Assembly: GCA_030141605.1 (NCBI GenBank)
Contig: JAQGDQ010000463.1
Span: 62,001-126,000 of the forward strand
Reading direction: 5' to 3'
DNA length: 64,000 nucleotides
Origin: Tubiluchus corallicola
Taxonomy: Eukaryota; Animalia; Priapulida
Position 1 is the stretch's first letter. Every line of letters starts with the position of its first letter. The notes below the pieces were generated by a model that was given only the letters and a program-made list of their open reading frames with translations, had not been told where the DNA came from and made no database searches. The translations under genes and the position numbers were made by a program. Shown here in pieces: positions 23,771-38,400 of the stretch.

Positions 23771-26700
23771 CACTAGAGAAGTCTAGAATGCTTTATTGTT
23801 TTCTATTGTTTTTAAAACTTTAAAAAAAATCATCTTTTAAGACACCTTTGATTTCCTGTACAAACAGACCTGGTTAAACATATATATTTATAAGCATGTA
23901 TAGGTGTATATGGTACAGAAGAAGTCAGTAACATGCGGAAAAATAAATGAGTAAAACTTATAAGATGGAATTAAACCAAGTTTTCAAAATTATTTTGTGG
24001 CCTGAAGTCAACTGTTTTCAGATAATACTAAGACGTTTGCTGTTTGCACAGCAACATAAGATGTACATTGATGTCCATTTAACACAGTCATCCTTATTTT
24101 TGCATGCATTAAACAGCAAGAGGCCCAGAGAAGCAAATATTTTCTGTAAACTTGGCTGTTTGTAATAGTAGCTTGTCAGTCTTCTTTAATTTTGAAAGTT
24201 ATGATGACACATCATGGTTCTTGGTACGGATTTTTAGCTGGACTGGGTTGCGGGCTGATTCCAGTAGATGATACAGTGGGTACGGGCTGGTCTATATTTT
24301 CGTATGTCTCTCCAGGTCCTAAAATAAAAAAAGTAATTGAGGTTTATTCCATAGTAAATTCCTGTACAAAGGAGAAAGGGAAATCCAGCCAAATTTGGTA
24401 ATTTAGAATGTTATGATTTAGTATAGATTTCAGAAGCATACCAATAAAGGTAAATCCACGGTACCTGACCTGTGGCGCATTTTCAGTTTCTATGTGTCCA
24501 CGATAGGGTTTTTGGGATTGGGGTCGCCATGATCCAAAAATTACATTAGTTTATGCACTCCTAAGCATATATGTTTACTCACATTAAAGCAAATTCCTGT
24601 TTCCTTTCATTTTCTTAGTACCCTAAAATTGTTTTAATAGCTTTTCAATTGTTCAAGTGTTACCTATTGTTAAGCCACTGTGATGCAGCAACTGAACCTT
24701 AAATTTTCACAGTTTTCCAAAATTTACAATATTGTTTTTCAATTGAATTTATATAGTTATGGATTATATCAGTTATGGTAGCCACCTGTAAGTGGAAGAC
24801 TAGACAGCATTTGCTACATCTAACTCCATGCAAGAACCACATTTAATTATTATTACTAATGTATTGTTGTATTTGTTATACTGGTTGTTGTAAAACAAAT
24901 TTATACTACTCTATTCTATTTTTTCTTCTGCAATACTGTTTTGACTATGCCGTTACGTGATGTCACCTACGCACAACAAATCTTTAAACTACACGTACAG
25001 TTATTGCAGACCCAGTGAATATGATATAAAATTAAATACTTTTCACGAGAGAGTACAAAATAGAGAGTATAATTTTACCCAGCTCGAGATGTGTAAACTG
25101 TTGTACTACAGAGCACAGCATGTACAACACGTTATCGATTTTCTGGTTGTCTAAAGACATTAGGTTGGCATTTGATTTGCTAATTATTATGAAAGACAAT
25201 GATTTATTCCATGGCTACGAGGAAATAGTAACAGCACCCCGTCTGTGATTCACACAGCGGCAATGAACTTCATTTTCAGTTTAAGCCTAAAACGGAGTTC
25301 TTAGAGCAATCCTAATAGCAGTGAAAATCCTGATGAGGAAGTTTTATGCATTCACATTTTATGTTATTAATTTATTACTAGATTTTGCACTAAGGATTGC
25401 AAAAAATGTTATTGTAAGCTCTCTGCCGAAAATGTTATTGCAGGCTCTCTTTACCATTTGGATTTTTTTGAACCACTAGGCCTTTAACTTTGGTGTACTT
25501 GCACTATAATGTTTTACAGTCCTAGAAGTGCATTCTACATTTTCTGATCTTGGGCTGTGAAAGCTCCATGATTTTGTGGTATATGCTTACTTTAAAGTAG
25601 TTTCAGTGAACTGAATGAATGTACCGAACATACAAAGCACAGTTCTTTGTCAAGGAGCCTATAATGCTGTTAAGACGGCTGGGTATAGAGAGTATACACT
25701 GCAGGTTGCTTCACCACAGTAAATGTGGTCTGCAATCTGCATGTCTTACTTCTCCGCATAGAAGCACTGTGCTTTTTCTCAGAAAACTGGGCCGACTGGC
25801 TAGCTTCACTGGTATAGAAGTGTTTATTAAATTACCACGAAATGTGCCACCGAAATTGCCGAATGTCGAGTAGTTCCCGGTTCTTTCTTGCATTGTTCTA
25901 TACATAATAATACTTGTTAAAGGCCTGCATATTAAATTTATGCAGCACATTCTACAGACAGTCAAGAAAAATAACTGCTCGTTGTACATGCTGACTATTG
26001 TTGCTACCACTGCAAATAACCAATTTGTGAATTTTTTAAAACTATATACGTGTCATGTCGAGCTTTGATTCATTTACATTCATGCTCTATCTATTAATTT
26101 ATTTTATCTGAGAGGTAATTCATGAACAGTTGAGTTGTGTATGAATCTGGTAATTTGAACACCAATTACACACATATGTCAGTTTGTCACAATTTCTACG
26201 TAATAATTCTAAATGCTCTTTCTAATGATATTTCACATACTGTTGCTTACAATCCCATTCACAGACCTCAGTCTCATAAGTTTTGCAAGAAAGCGCGAAA
26301 AATGAACAAAAAAATGCTGAACAGAATAATTTAAACAATACATACGCAATTGTGTAAAATAGTAGCACTCCTTCACAGGCAGAGTGAAGCCAGATGCATT
26401 ATTTACCTGCAGTGTGGTGTGTAGCCAAATTTTACAAGTCATACATATTTAGTTTACAGTCTTGTTTCTAAAGGTTTTACTTGAAGCCTCGTCTTCTATA
26501 TATTTTTTGCTATATGGCATAAAATAAATTTCCGAAAACTTCCTTTTGTCATGCTGTTTTATACATCTTCACTACATTCTGTATGGTAGCAGTGAGTAGG
26601 TGAGTTACTGGCAACAAAGCACTTTGCAGCAAACAGCAGATGGAAAAATTAACAACGCTGAAGTGTGGCTGTAACATTGATGATGGACATGGCAATAGCA

Positions 26701-28459
26701 AGTGAATGTTCTGCTGACATCCTACAGCAAGCAAGCCAGAATGAACAGACATTTGTTCGTCAGTTTAAGAAATTAAAATACTCAAAACCTTCGTGGTAGC
26801 AACAGTTTACCAGGATGTACAGCAATGAAGTAACGGTGAAAAAAACTGGTGAGCCAAATATTTCAATCCCAAAAATTAAAGCCGAGCATCGAGGAGCTAC
26901 ATCAAGTAGCGGAAAAGATGGAGCAATTTAGTTTGAGTATGGAGAATTTAATTTTAGATCTTGGTTCTGAAGATGACTTTCTAGATTGTTACAAGAAAAA
27001 GAGGAATGTGCCGAATGAAATTCTTTTTCTATTTTTGACTTAACGATATACTTGAGCTCACTATCTAAAGCACAGGAACCCAAGTCAGCTGACTTCAAGG
27101 TTGCACATGGGTTGACGGATCTAAGGTCAGCAGATGGGCAAGGTAGTACAACAACGAGAGCAGTGACGGTGACAAATTGCTGAAGCTGATGGATGTCCCT
27201 ATATGGGATGATGGAAGCTCCTATATTTGATGGAAATGCAGTTTTGGAAGTAACAGATGAAATTCGTCTAATTGTGAAGCAAATGTAGCGCAAAATTTTG
27301 GATGCAAATAAATACAAATTATTCTGCAGTCGTAGATACGTTGTTTAAGCGATTTGGCAAGCCACTTCTGATTGCTAAGGAAGCTATAAAAAAAAATTTG
27401 GACTGGGATGCGATGATCGAAAATAGACGCCACAACACTTTGGAAATTATGAAATAGCTGGGAAGCCCACATATATTCATTAAATAAGATGAACCACAAT
27501 CACAGCATTTTTTACTTTTTTGGCGAGTGAAGTGGGGGGATCTGAAGCAAAGGCAGATCTGCAGGATTTTACAAGAGCTACTGACATAAATGAATGGCAG
27601 CAGTGTAAGAAGCGAATTCGCTAGTCAAAATCATAACATTATTCGGATAGGCCATACAACGCTGCAGTGAGTTTCAGGCAAAGACTTTAGCAAGTATACA
27701 GTACTATATACATAGCATAAAAAATAAAGTGCATAGAACGTGCCTTTTACCACATAATTCACCACGTCATATGCTGTTAAGCTTTAATAAGTTTCAGTAA
27801 AAATAAGTTGCTGAAGATCGTGCCATGAGAGGGGACTCTGCCATACAATTTTTTTCACAAGAAAGGCACTACAGCAGGTTTTGCAAAATTGGTACCTGGT
27901 GTCTCATATGTTGCATGAAGCAGTGCAGAGTTACAAAGATCAAAGTAATTCTAATAATAAAAACACAGTCAATGGAATACAACACGTGCATGTCATATTA
28001 AGGTAATTTTTTTACATTTCTTTCAAATTTCTTTCTAGTTATATCGAAGTTTATTTTAACAATTTGAATTCTATTCTATGGTTTTGTAGTGATATACTGT
28101 GTGCCCTAATAAAGCAGTTTCAAATGTGCTAATTATTCTCTTTTGGCTTGATTTATAGCATTGAAACTGACTGCTATGTCGAAATGATCGTCTGCACTTA
28201 ATAAACATGTAGATTCTTAAAGGTTGGCTATTTCATGTACAGAGACAATATAGCATATTTTCCACCTTGTGGTTGTAATCTATTTCAACTTGGAGTAAGG
28301 TGGTGATAAGGACCAGGAAGGTAAGTAAAAATGAAGATCTTTAGCCCAAGCCACCAAAGATTGCAATTTAAGCCTGTTATGTTGAACAGCAGATCAAAAA
28401 TAAACAGCTGCTACTGACTGCAAAAACCACACGTAAGCAATTGCTTGCTACAAGTAATC

Positions 28460-31400
28460 ATGTTCAAAAAATTATTTTTGATCCAAGAAAATATGAGAAA
28501 TGGATGAAGATCTTATTGGTGACTGCTAAAATAATGCGATGATTTTTGTTACATGGAAGAGAGACATTCAAGAAGCAAATAGCTGGTGATGATAACACAT
28601 CAATCACTGAACATAGATGAAGTTCAAGCTGCGAAGATGTTTGTGATAGTAACTTCAGCAATAGCAAAACACTTACCTGAAGAGCTGTCTACTGTATTTT
28701 GATCTAATTTGATCACCTAAAGAAAAATTCTTTGAATAATTCAACAAAAAATGACTGTCTTGCTATACCACCATCTGCTGGATGAGATGTATTGTCAGCA
28801 TTACAAGAAGAATCTTAGATTATCCATGGAACATGAGAAGTACACACAGAGTAATTGGCACTTGCAAAGTCCGTTGTGCTGGAAATAAAACCATGTAGTT
28901 CAAAGATGGGGCTTCTATCTAGAGTAGTTCCTGATTCTTGCTTCACTGATGTTGACATGAACTTTATCAGAAGCCTAAAAGGTAGAAGCAGCAAAATGAA
29001 TGAAAAGCATATGTCTTACTCATCTCATGCAGGACATCACATCACATGCTATTCACTTAAAGTTAACCTTGTCGATGGAAATATTAAAACTGATGATGGC
29101 TTCAGAAATATTTATTGCTATGAGAGGCCATGTGCAAAGTGAGTTGCATGGACAATTTCAGAAGTTTTAAGTTGGCAAAACAAGAAGTGCAAATACTTTG
29201 GAAGAACATAGGTAAAGAGGTCATATTGCTAAGCTGCAGGTTTAGTGGAAACTTATACACTGAGTGCAGTGCGGGCATGGTTAACTGCAACCTCATAGAC
29301 ACCTTCTGTTACTAGCAACTTAGTTATAAAGAATTCTATTATACGGCTCACATGATCATTCAAAATGATTATCCATCCTTTTACTTTACCACTGTAGCCA
29401 CATATGTGGCCACATATTGAGTGGTCTTGTTCAAAACTACACAAAAACACAACACTTTCATGGCTATGCACCTTCTCTCTTGTTCATAAGGTGATGCTAA
29501 TTTTACCATAAATACACTTAACACTTCTGTGATAATGTCAATTAGTTAGCAATGTTTAATGAGACACAATTCTGCAGTAAAAGTGATTGCAATGTGCAAG
29601 ATAAATGTCAGCACATTTTTATCATGTTTTAAGTTACTTAGCTTACTTTTCCACCTCAACTTAATACATGTACAATGAAAAGTTTGGACATCTCATCATC
29701 TTTCCCATTTGAAAAGAACTGGCTATTAGAGATCGTGATCTCTTAATAATATTCAGTGCCTGTATAAAAAGGCTAATTGAATCAATGCGAAGCACTTTAG
29801 CTGCATCTTCTAGAGTTCTGAAGCATACAAACTAAAGCTGTTTTAGATTCAAAATAATTGTTTCTCAATACTGCCAGAAAAAGGATACGTCACACTAAAC
29901 CTCAGAATAGGAAGTCTTCCACTTGTTCCTGAAAAATGTAGGAGACAATTGCCATGTTTTTCTCTATTTTCTCACAAAGCTGTGTATACTATCATTTAAT
30001 TATAACAAACAGTGTGCATTAAGAGAAACTCCAACATCGTTAAATATTGGTTAGGGACAACTACCAAAAGTGAAGGCAGTCTTGATATCGTTTCTAATGG
30101 GCCATCTATTTTTATTCATGATATCAGTCGATGATCACGATGGCCTGACCATCACTTTGAGCAAGCATTGTAGCTTTTGAAAAGGAGTTTGCTCCTAATT
30201 TGCAAACTGCATAGGAACATGCCAGTGTACTGCATATCACTGCACAACACATTCTTTCTAGTACACTTACATAAATCAATAGCTTTGTCAATTTTGCTTT
30301 ACTAAAGTTTTTTATAAACTGGCAAAAGCTTGCAACATGCAGCATATGGTATGTAACATGAATAAAATGCTAAATGTGTTGATAGTCTTAAAATAGATTG
30401 TTTTTTCTTTCAGGGGCGTTGGCCCTAATGGCCTAATCAGCTGAATAGACATATGCTGCTAACTTAAGACCCTCAGGCTCCCTTTGATGGTCTATGCCAA
30501 TGTCACTGCAGCTATACAGTAAAACAACTTACTGGCAAATGTTTTTTCATTGGGAAATGCAGTTGAGACAATTATAATATCCATTACTATTCCAATTCCA
30601 TTAATCAGCAGTGCCTGTAAAAATTAAAAACAAAACATTACTTTTGTATAACAGATTATAAACAGAAACTATGACATACAGCATACAGGACAAAAGTGGC
30701 CAAATGCTGTATTTCATGACACTTAAAACCAATACATTAATTTATGTATATAACTGCAATAATACGTTATTTTTTGTATAATGTACCAGAGAGGTGAAAC
30801 ATGATATAAGCAGTACCTATGGTTAATACGACAGATAAGCTTACATACATAATTGAAAACATTAATTTTGTATACAGTGATAAAAATGTAATATAAGTTA
30901 AAGGAAGGTGAGTTATACTATCACTGGTAAAATTGCACAATTATGCAATATTATTAGTTCCTACCATAACAACTGGATCAGTTGAATCGGCCTTAATAAA
31001 TGCCCACAGAAGACATGCCAGAAAGAAGGAGTTATAGTAAAGATACGATTGTGGTACCCACTGAGTTGACATGGCCCTGTATAAAACAAAACTAGCTGTA
31101 ACACTAAGAATTTAAGAAATAAATACTTTTCATTTAAGAACGTGGACGGAAGTAATGCAAGTGGACTGAATGGTTGATTTGTGGAACTAGATTATTGATT
31201 GCATGCACTTATGCATGAGCAAACTAAATGGCACAATGCTGCTTTTTATCACAGATACAAAAAATGTAATTACTAACTGGTAATAGAACTATCTTTACGC
31301 CACATTTACTACTGAGAAATCAAAGTTCTTGTGTATCTAGGTGCATATAAACACCTGTGGAGATTAACAGCATTAGGAGTTTTACCAAATCTGCAGAACG

Positions 31401-31800
31401 GAATTTGTATTATTTCAAACCAGCCACTCCACAGACACTGGCATGCACAATAGCATGCATTTCGCTGACAAGTAACAAACGTCACATCCGACAAATAACC
31501 TTTTATTGGCAAGTGCGCTAGCATCGCAATGTAGGAGAACCCATATGATGATTTTTTTTGCATTTCATCATGTTAGGCAGCCAGTTTTCCACTTTTTAAT
31601 TCAAAGGAAAACCGGATGATTGTGTAAACATTAGTTCAGAATAAAGAATGCTCGAAAAATATTGAAAACTGCAAAAGCTTTTTTAAATCAAAGCTTAGAT
31701 TAAATAATAATTACCTCGGATACTAAAGCTTTCAAACTTTCGAGATTGGCAGTGATGCCTTTTTGTCACGTTCGCGAAACCGACAAATGGAAGACGTTAC
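28460..31800 (-). pseudogene. Decayed, apparently multi-exon coding block of unknown identity (probably DNA-transposon cargo)
   Basis: Splice-like signals (TTTTACAG|G at about 30615, CAG|GTAAGT at 28677) and protein-like fragments (QAIVIID; ADGGIARQSFFVELF) broken by stops. Confidence 0.25.
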
Positions 31801-32760
31801 CGTGATAACCATGATCATGAACTGCAGTGTTATTTTCTGACGTCACATTATGTAAAGTCTATTTTTCGTGACATCATGCGTTTAAACATTACTCACTTAT
31901 GCAAATGTGCTTGATGCGCAAGGGAAGACGCGTGCAATTGCAAAAATTGTAGTTAGTTTCTGACATAAGCAATAGGTGTGTTCGGTTACTGTTAATTACC
32001 TGTCTAAGCTAATTATTCAAATATAAGGAATAATTGCTAATTTTTATAGACAAGGAAATGTATATTCTGGACAGTAAATTACAAAGAGATTGAGTCTAAA
32101 CAATCGTCCGGTCTTCCTTTGGTTAAAATTCACAGCGGCGTTTAGCCAAAGTAATTGAATTACAAGCAGATTTTTCGCAACTTACTATCAGGCTTTAACA
32201 GTATCAAAAATTAACATGAATTTCACTAAAAACTTTAGAAAGTAGGGATGTCACAATACATTGTTAGGAACTCAAAGAAAGAGGTCTATTTTTCAAATCA
32301 GATGTTATCTTGACCTGTGCCCTGTCAACGTTCATCTTATTACATGCAGTAATTACCAACATGTTTGTTACACTAAAACAGCTAGCAGGCAGAGGTTTGA
32401 CTAGTTGCCAATAATTCTCCTGATCTGTTACAGTGCCGATTTTTGCACAACATTTTTCAAGAAGGAGTCACTGATGTCCATCCAAGTACAAGTATGTAAG
32501 GCTGAGAGACGGCAACATTTAGGTTTCAGGGGCAGCAGGTGTAACAATTCTTTGTACGGCATTTGTTAAAACACAGTTGTTTTTACGCATTTTAGCACTC
32601 TGAAAGCAGGGAACCAGCATTCAACAATACTATAGGGCTAGACAGTTGCAACAGGCACATAATCTACTAAGAATAATCCTCTCAGATGAGACCGCAGCCA
32701 TTTTCTTCAAGACGTATGCAAGCTTTTAGAGTACAACAGAGTTATAAAAAGAAGTGAATT

Positions 32761-35460
32761 ATACAATACAATTCAATTTATTTATCTCTTTAGAACACTA
32801 CAATAAAAACTTATTAATAAGAAAATCAATAGTAAGTCATGAAGAATGGTTACAATAGGTAGATATAAAACTAGAAAAAGGATAGCAAAAAGACTACAAA
32901 GTCACCTAGTCTGCTATCCTTTACCAAATATAGAAAATGATCATTAGACACTGGTGAGCACGAATATTAATATTGTCAGTTTAATTTATGAAACATTATT
33001 AATTTTTAGAATTACGACATTTACTATATAATTAAGTAATCCAAAACTTTGCTAGGCATTGAAAGGTGCTGCCACATTCATGTTCGGATCGTGCGTTCAT
33101 CGTTGAAGGTTGCGTAGTTTCCCTGGCATTGTTTTTCAGTTTGCGTTAACGGTGAAATACGTTAAAAATACGGTGAATAAGTTAGTAATGCGGTGAAATA
33201 CGTTAATAATACGGTGAATAAGTTAGTAATGCGGTAAAATACGTTAATAATATGGTGAATAAGTAAGTAATGCGGTGAAATACGTTAATAATACGGTGAA
33301 TATGTTAGTAATGCGGTGAAATACGTTAATAATATGGTGAATATGTTAGTAATGCGGTGAAATACGTTAATAATACGGTGAATATGTTAGTAATGCGGTG
33401 AAATACGTTAATAATACGGTGAATAAGTTAGTAATGCGGTGAAATACGTTAATAATATGGTGAATATGTTAGTAATGCGGTGAAATACGTTAATAATACG
33501 GTGAATATGTTAGTAATGCGGTGAAATACGTTAATAATACGGTGAATATGTTAGTAATGCGGTGAAATACGTTAATAATACGGTGAATAAGTTAGTAATG
33601 CGGTGAAATACGTTAATAATACGGTGAATAAGTTAGTAATGCGGTGAAATACGTTAATAATATGGTGAATATGTTAGTAATGCGGTGAAATACGTTAATA
33701 ATATGGTGAATAAGTTAGTAATGCGGCGAAATACGTTAATAATACGGTGAATAAGTTAGTAATGCGGCGAAATACGTTAATAATAAGGTGAATAAGTTAG
33801 TAATGCGGCGAAATACGTTAATAATACGGTGAATAAGTTAGTAATGCGGTGAAATACGTTAATAATATGGTGAATATGTTAGTAATGCGGTGAAATACGT
33901 TAATAATATGGTGAATAAGTTAGTAATGCGGCGAAATACGTTAATAATGCGGTGAATAAGTTAGTAATGCGGCGAAATACATTAATAATAAGGTGAATAA
34001 GTTAGTAATGCGGCGAAATACGTTAATAATACGGTGAATTCATGCAGTAAATATAGTGGACACTGTGGTAATTACGAAACGTTTGGACGGTGATATGATA
34101 ACGTTATGTTTACGAATGACATCGTATGTCTTCACCTGTATTGTAGCAATAAAGATGTGTGTGTAATTTGATTCACTGTGTTACGCGTTAAAATTTTTTC
34201 ACTCGTTGAAGGCATAATAACCCACCTCAATCGGAACGAATGGCTAGTGTCGTTACAGTCAGTCTTGCATAAACTAAAGAAATTAGCATTTTAATTTTGA
34301 GTGAAAAACAGGTCATGCTTGTTATGTAATAATAAAACACTTTGGATTAAGAATACAGTGAACCAACAACAATAATTAAATATATTTTGATTTTGAGTTC
34401 AAGTTCATCATGTCTAGGCTTACTGAGTAAAGATAAATATGACTTTGGACAATAATAACACATAAAATAATTTTCAATATGCTGACTAGACGAACATTTA
34501 GTTATATAGGTTTTTGTAGTAATTTTACAAAGAAAAGGTAAGACTTGTGCAATCTATGTACAATTCCTGAAACTTTACTTATAAAATAGTGCTGTGGTAT
34601 GCCTTTAATAATTGTTCTGTAAAGAAGAGAACAAAGACAAAGTATTCCCTGATATCATGATAATATCTATACTGGCCAGAGGATTTACTAATTTAAAATG
34701 TCATAAGCAACGGCATTCAAAGTGGAATCGGCGGCTCGATAATCATTAATTATTGAAAAAAATTAATTGAATATTACAATATATTTTCTGAGCCACAGAT
34801 TCATGGCATGCTGTAGTATTTTCAGTTTTGCAGATATTAAGGTAGACAAAATTAGGAAGTTAGGTAAAGAAAATAGAATCTAGTTAAGTAAGAGTTTAAC
34901 ATTAATCAGAGTAAGTTAACAGTAATTGCTTTTTAAGTTAGAGATCAAGATATATATATCGTTAGAATTTTTAATATTACTGTTCAAACAATTTCCAGAA
35001 TTTAACAGCTTTATATTTTATAGTACTTAATCCATGAGCGGTACAGAATCTGGGCGTAAAATATAGACCACGAGTGGCAGATCTAGTTTCATAGTAATGG
35101 ATTTCGGATATGGGAGTAAAATAGTTGGAGAATGGTTCAGGTAAGTTCTTATTTTTGAAGTGATACATGAATTTGGCCAGCTCTAATCAGTAAATTTCAT
35201 GAAGTTTTAATAGTTTAAGTTTTACATAAGAGGGTGTGGGCTAAATGTAATGATTTTCACTATCTTATTCTGGGCTGTAGAGTGTAGACAGTGGTTTTAG
35301 GACAGCTGTTTTTGCAGTATCAAAGCACAGAATACAATATTGGAGATAAGAATATGCAAGTGAGTAGTAACGCATTTGTAAGACGAGGTATTTAGAAATA
35401 TTGCACATTAGCAAAAAGACCAATGAGCTTGTTAATTTTATACAAATTACCGTGCCACAA
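32761..35460 (-). mobile_element. 3' portion of an older CR1/L2-type LINE (host of nested insertions)
   Basis: YYSLAYSYLQYCI, QNKIVKIITF and FMYHFKNKNLPEPFSNYF...HYYETRS...KFW. The 3' end has a GATAGCA...TGCTATC hairpin and an AATAAA(TTG)-type tail at about 32761-32920. Confidence 0.75.
33149..34039. repeat. 41-bp minisatellite, about 21.7 copies (21+20 bp dimeric unit)
   Basis: Unit GCGGTGAAATACGTTAATAATACGGTGAATAAGTTAGTAAT with exact 41-bp periodicity and no unique spacers. Confidence 0.97.
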
Positions 35461-38400
35461 AAATACATAGCAGTGTTCCATTTTACCCTAATGGCATCAA
35501 CTTCATTGTATGATATACCCCCAATTTCGCATCCGTATAACAAAATGGGTAGACAATATGTATTGATCAGAGTTTTAGCTACTATGTCATTACGGTTATG
35601 GCCCATACTTGAGAGAATATTATTCACGGAACCAATGAATTTCCTTTTTAACCCTGAAACATCAATAGAAAAACTATCACTTGTCAAAATATCGCAAGCC
35701 AAATACTTTACTGTCTGTTTCCAGATCAGTTGTTTACCGCAAAAACAGATTACACCCTCTCCAGTAAAGCTTTTACCAAAATAAAGAAGCCATGTTTTGT
35801 TAGGATTAAATGAGATACTCCATTCTATACCATTTTTCACAGATTCTAAGCATTTCACTTAAGTGTCTGCATGACCCTGACAACAAGGTAGTGTCATCAG
35901 CATACATGACAGTGCCTATAAAATTATCTGCCACATAACAACCATAACCAGCTGAACGCAATTGACGTATAAGATCGTCTGTACGCAACAGAATATAAAA
36001 TCGGTGATAATACACCTCCTTGTCTGACACCTGTTTTTATACAAAATTGGGTACTATACTGATCTTGCCATTTGACACAGCCCGTAAGTTTACTATACCA
36101 ATTCATTAATACGTTAACAAATATCTTGGGAACCCGTTTTTCTAGCAGTTTTATAAACAACCCTAGGCGCAGTACTCTATCAAAAGCTTTGGAGGCATCT
36201 AGAAATGCGGCATATACAGGATTATTTCATGCGGTGAAAAAATTTACAGTTTCTTTTATGGTATATATGGCATGATTGCAACTTGATTCAACTTTAAAAC
36301 CGAATTGTAATTCGTCACAATCACCAAACTTTGCCAGTAAAACAGATTCAAATAATTTTGAGATAGTGGGAGATAGAGTCACTGCACGATAATTATTGAA
36401 ATCTGTTAGGTCGCCATTGTTATCTTTAACAACAGGTATAATTATTTCTTTTCCATAATCATTTGGCACATAACAGTGTATGTATATAAAATTAAACAGC
36501 ATTGCTATGTACATTGATAATACTCTATGAGCGTATAACAAACGTTCAGCATATATTTGATCATAGCCTGCTGATTTACCTTTGCTCATGGTTTGTATCA
36601 TGGCATATATTTCATCTACACTAACAGTACAGTCATCTAACGAGCCCTCAGAATAATTAGTTAGTTTAGTAAGTACATCTGTCTTCAAAGATTCATCCTT
36701 GACGATATCATCTGGTTGAAATATTTTTTCAAACCCAAGCTTAAACTCATTTAATACAGGTTTTAATCCAACAGCATCATTGAGCTTATTAGTGTACTTT
36801 ACATTTTTTGTACAATGTCGTTTCTTCCATATTTTCCAAAAACTATTCATAGTCTTGCCCATCAACTCAGTATACATTTGTTCATTGTTACTTTTGTCGA
36901 CATTTTTTTGGGGCATTACTTATAGCTTTTTTGTAAGCTTTTTTCTTTTGTAGTCTTAACTCATTAATATCACATTGTCTGGGCTGGCATAAAATATATC
37001 TAACATCTTAAGATGTTCTAGATCATTACATTCATAAGGGCAGTTTCTTAGTAATTGAAATGGGACACACACATTTCTTAAATTGGTTTCAATTTCCGAT
37101 TGGTATCTTTGTAAATCAATATTTTTCCATTTCATATGCGTCTGCTTTTTAGGTTTATAGGTGCTGTCTCTATTAAGTACATTATTAACATTTATAACCA
37201 GTTCAATCGGAAGGTGATCTGATAAATTATCACTATCATTTAAAACCTTCATATTTTCTAGATTATATTTCAATCGTTGTGAGCAAATTACATGATCAAT
37301 ATACGTGTAGTGGCCTAAAGCTTCATTACAATATGTATAACCGTTAGGTACAATATTGTCTTCCCACACTAAGTCATTTGATCTTACAAATTCTGAAAGA
37401 AGTTTCTGATTACATGACGCTCGATAAATTTCCGTATTAAAGTCGCCTGCAATTAAAAACTCGCAGTTATTGTATCTGTCTATTAGGTCTTGTACCACAG
37501 CTAAAACTTCCTCACACTCTGTAATGTTTGCATCACTCTCATATGGCATATACACATTAATTATAATAATGTCTCGATGGTCAATAATGTAGTATGTAGT
37601 CATGGACAATGTAGTCCAGCTTAATTGCTAAGCAGCGACTACTTTCAGTTTTCACAGTTTTAACATACCTAGCTATATTTTTTCTATAAAATACTGCAAC
37701 TCCGCCATATGGGCGACCTCCAAGTATATCCATTTGTGACCTTTCATTCATAGCAGACACTCTATTAACGAAATGTGCTGACAACAATTTATCTAACTTT
37801 GTTAACTTTTCAATTGTTAACCAATGTTCTTGACACGCTACGATATCATGTTCCGATAATAAATCTTGCAGGCATACATGGTTTTTATTATAACCATGCA
37901 TATTAACCAAGTACAATGATAGATGATTCGTATCCCCCATGAAGTGCTTCTTTTGTCTGCATTATTTCACGTTTGCCTGTCCTCCACAGCTGCAGAGCGT
38001 TGTTCCCGGGGCTTGAAAATCCACCTCCGTATTGCAACGTGTTCGGGCCACAAGTCAGGATCCATAACTTCATCTTTATATTTCTCCTCACACCGTATGC
38101 GTGCTGATACTGACCCTTTATTTTAGACGCAATCATGTAGTACTGATCTAACTCTATGTCGCTTTCTTTTAAGTAACCAATAAGCTCATCTTTTGTTGTA
38201 TCAGCCTGTAACCGACTTACTCCCCTCAGTGTCGTACTAGCAACTCCAACGTCACGTTTTCTTGAGCCGGTTACATTCGAAATTTTCCGTTTTTTAAGAT
38301 TTTTCACTAAACTCCATTTTTCTATGTTGTCCGTAGCAATGTCTGCATATCTTCTTTGAGAATTAACGGATAACATATTTGTATTGCGATCATCAATCGA

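Noticed and set aside
33149-34039. CRISPR-like array
   Set aside because: Both alternating halves are repeated, so there are no unique spacers. There are no cas genes, and the context is eukaryotic.
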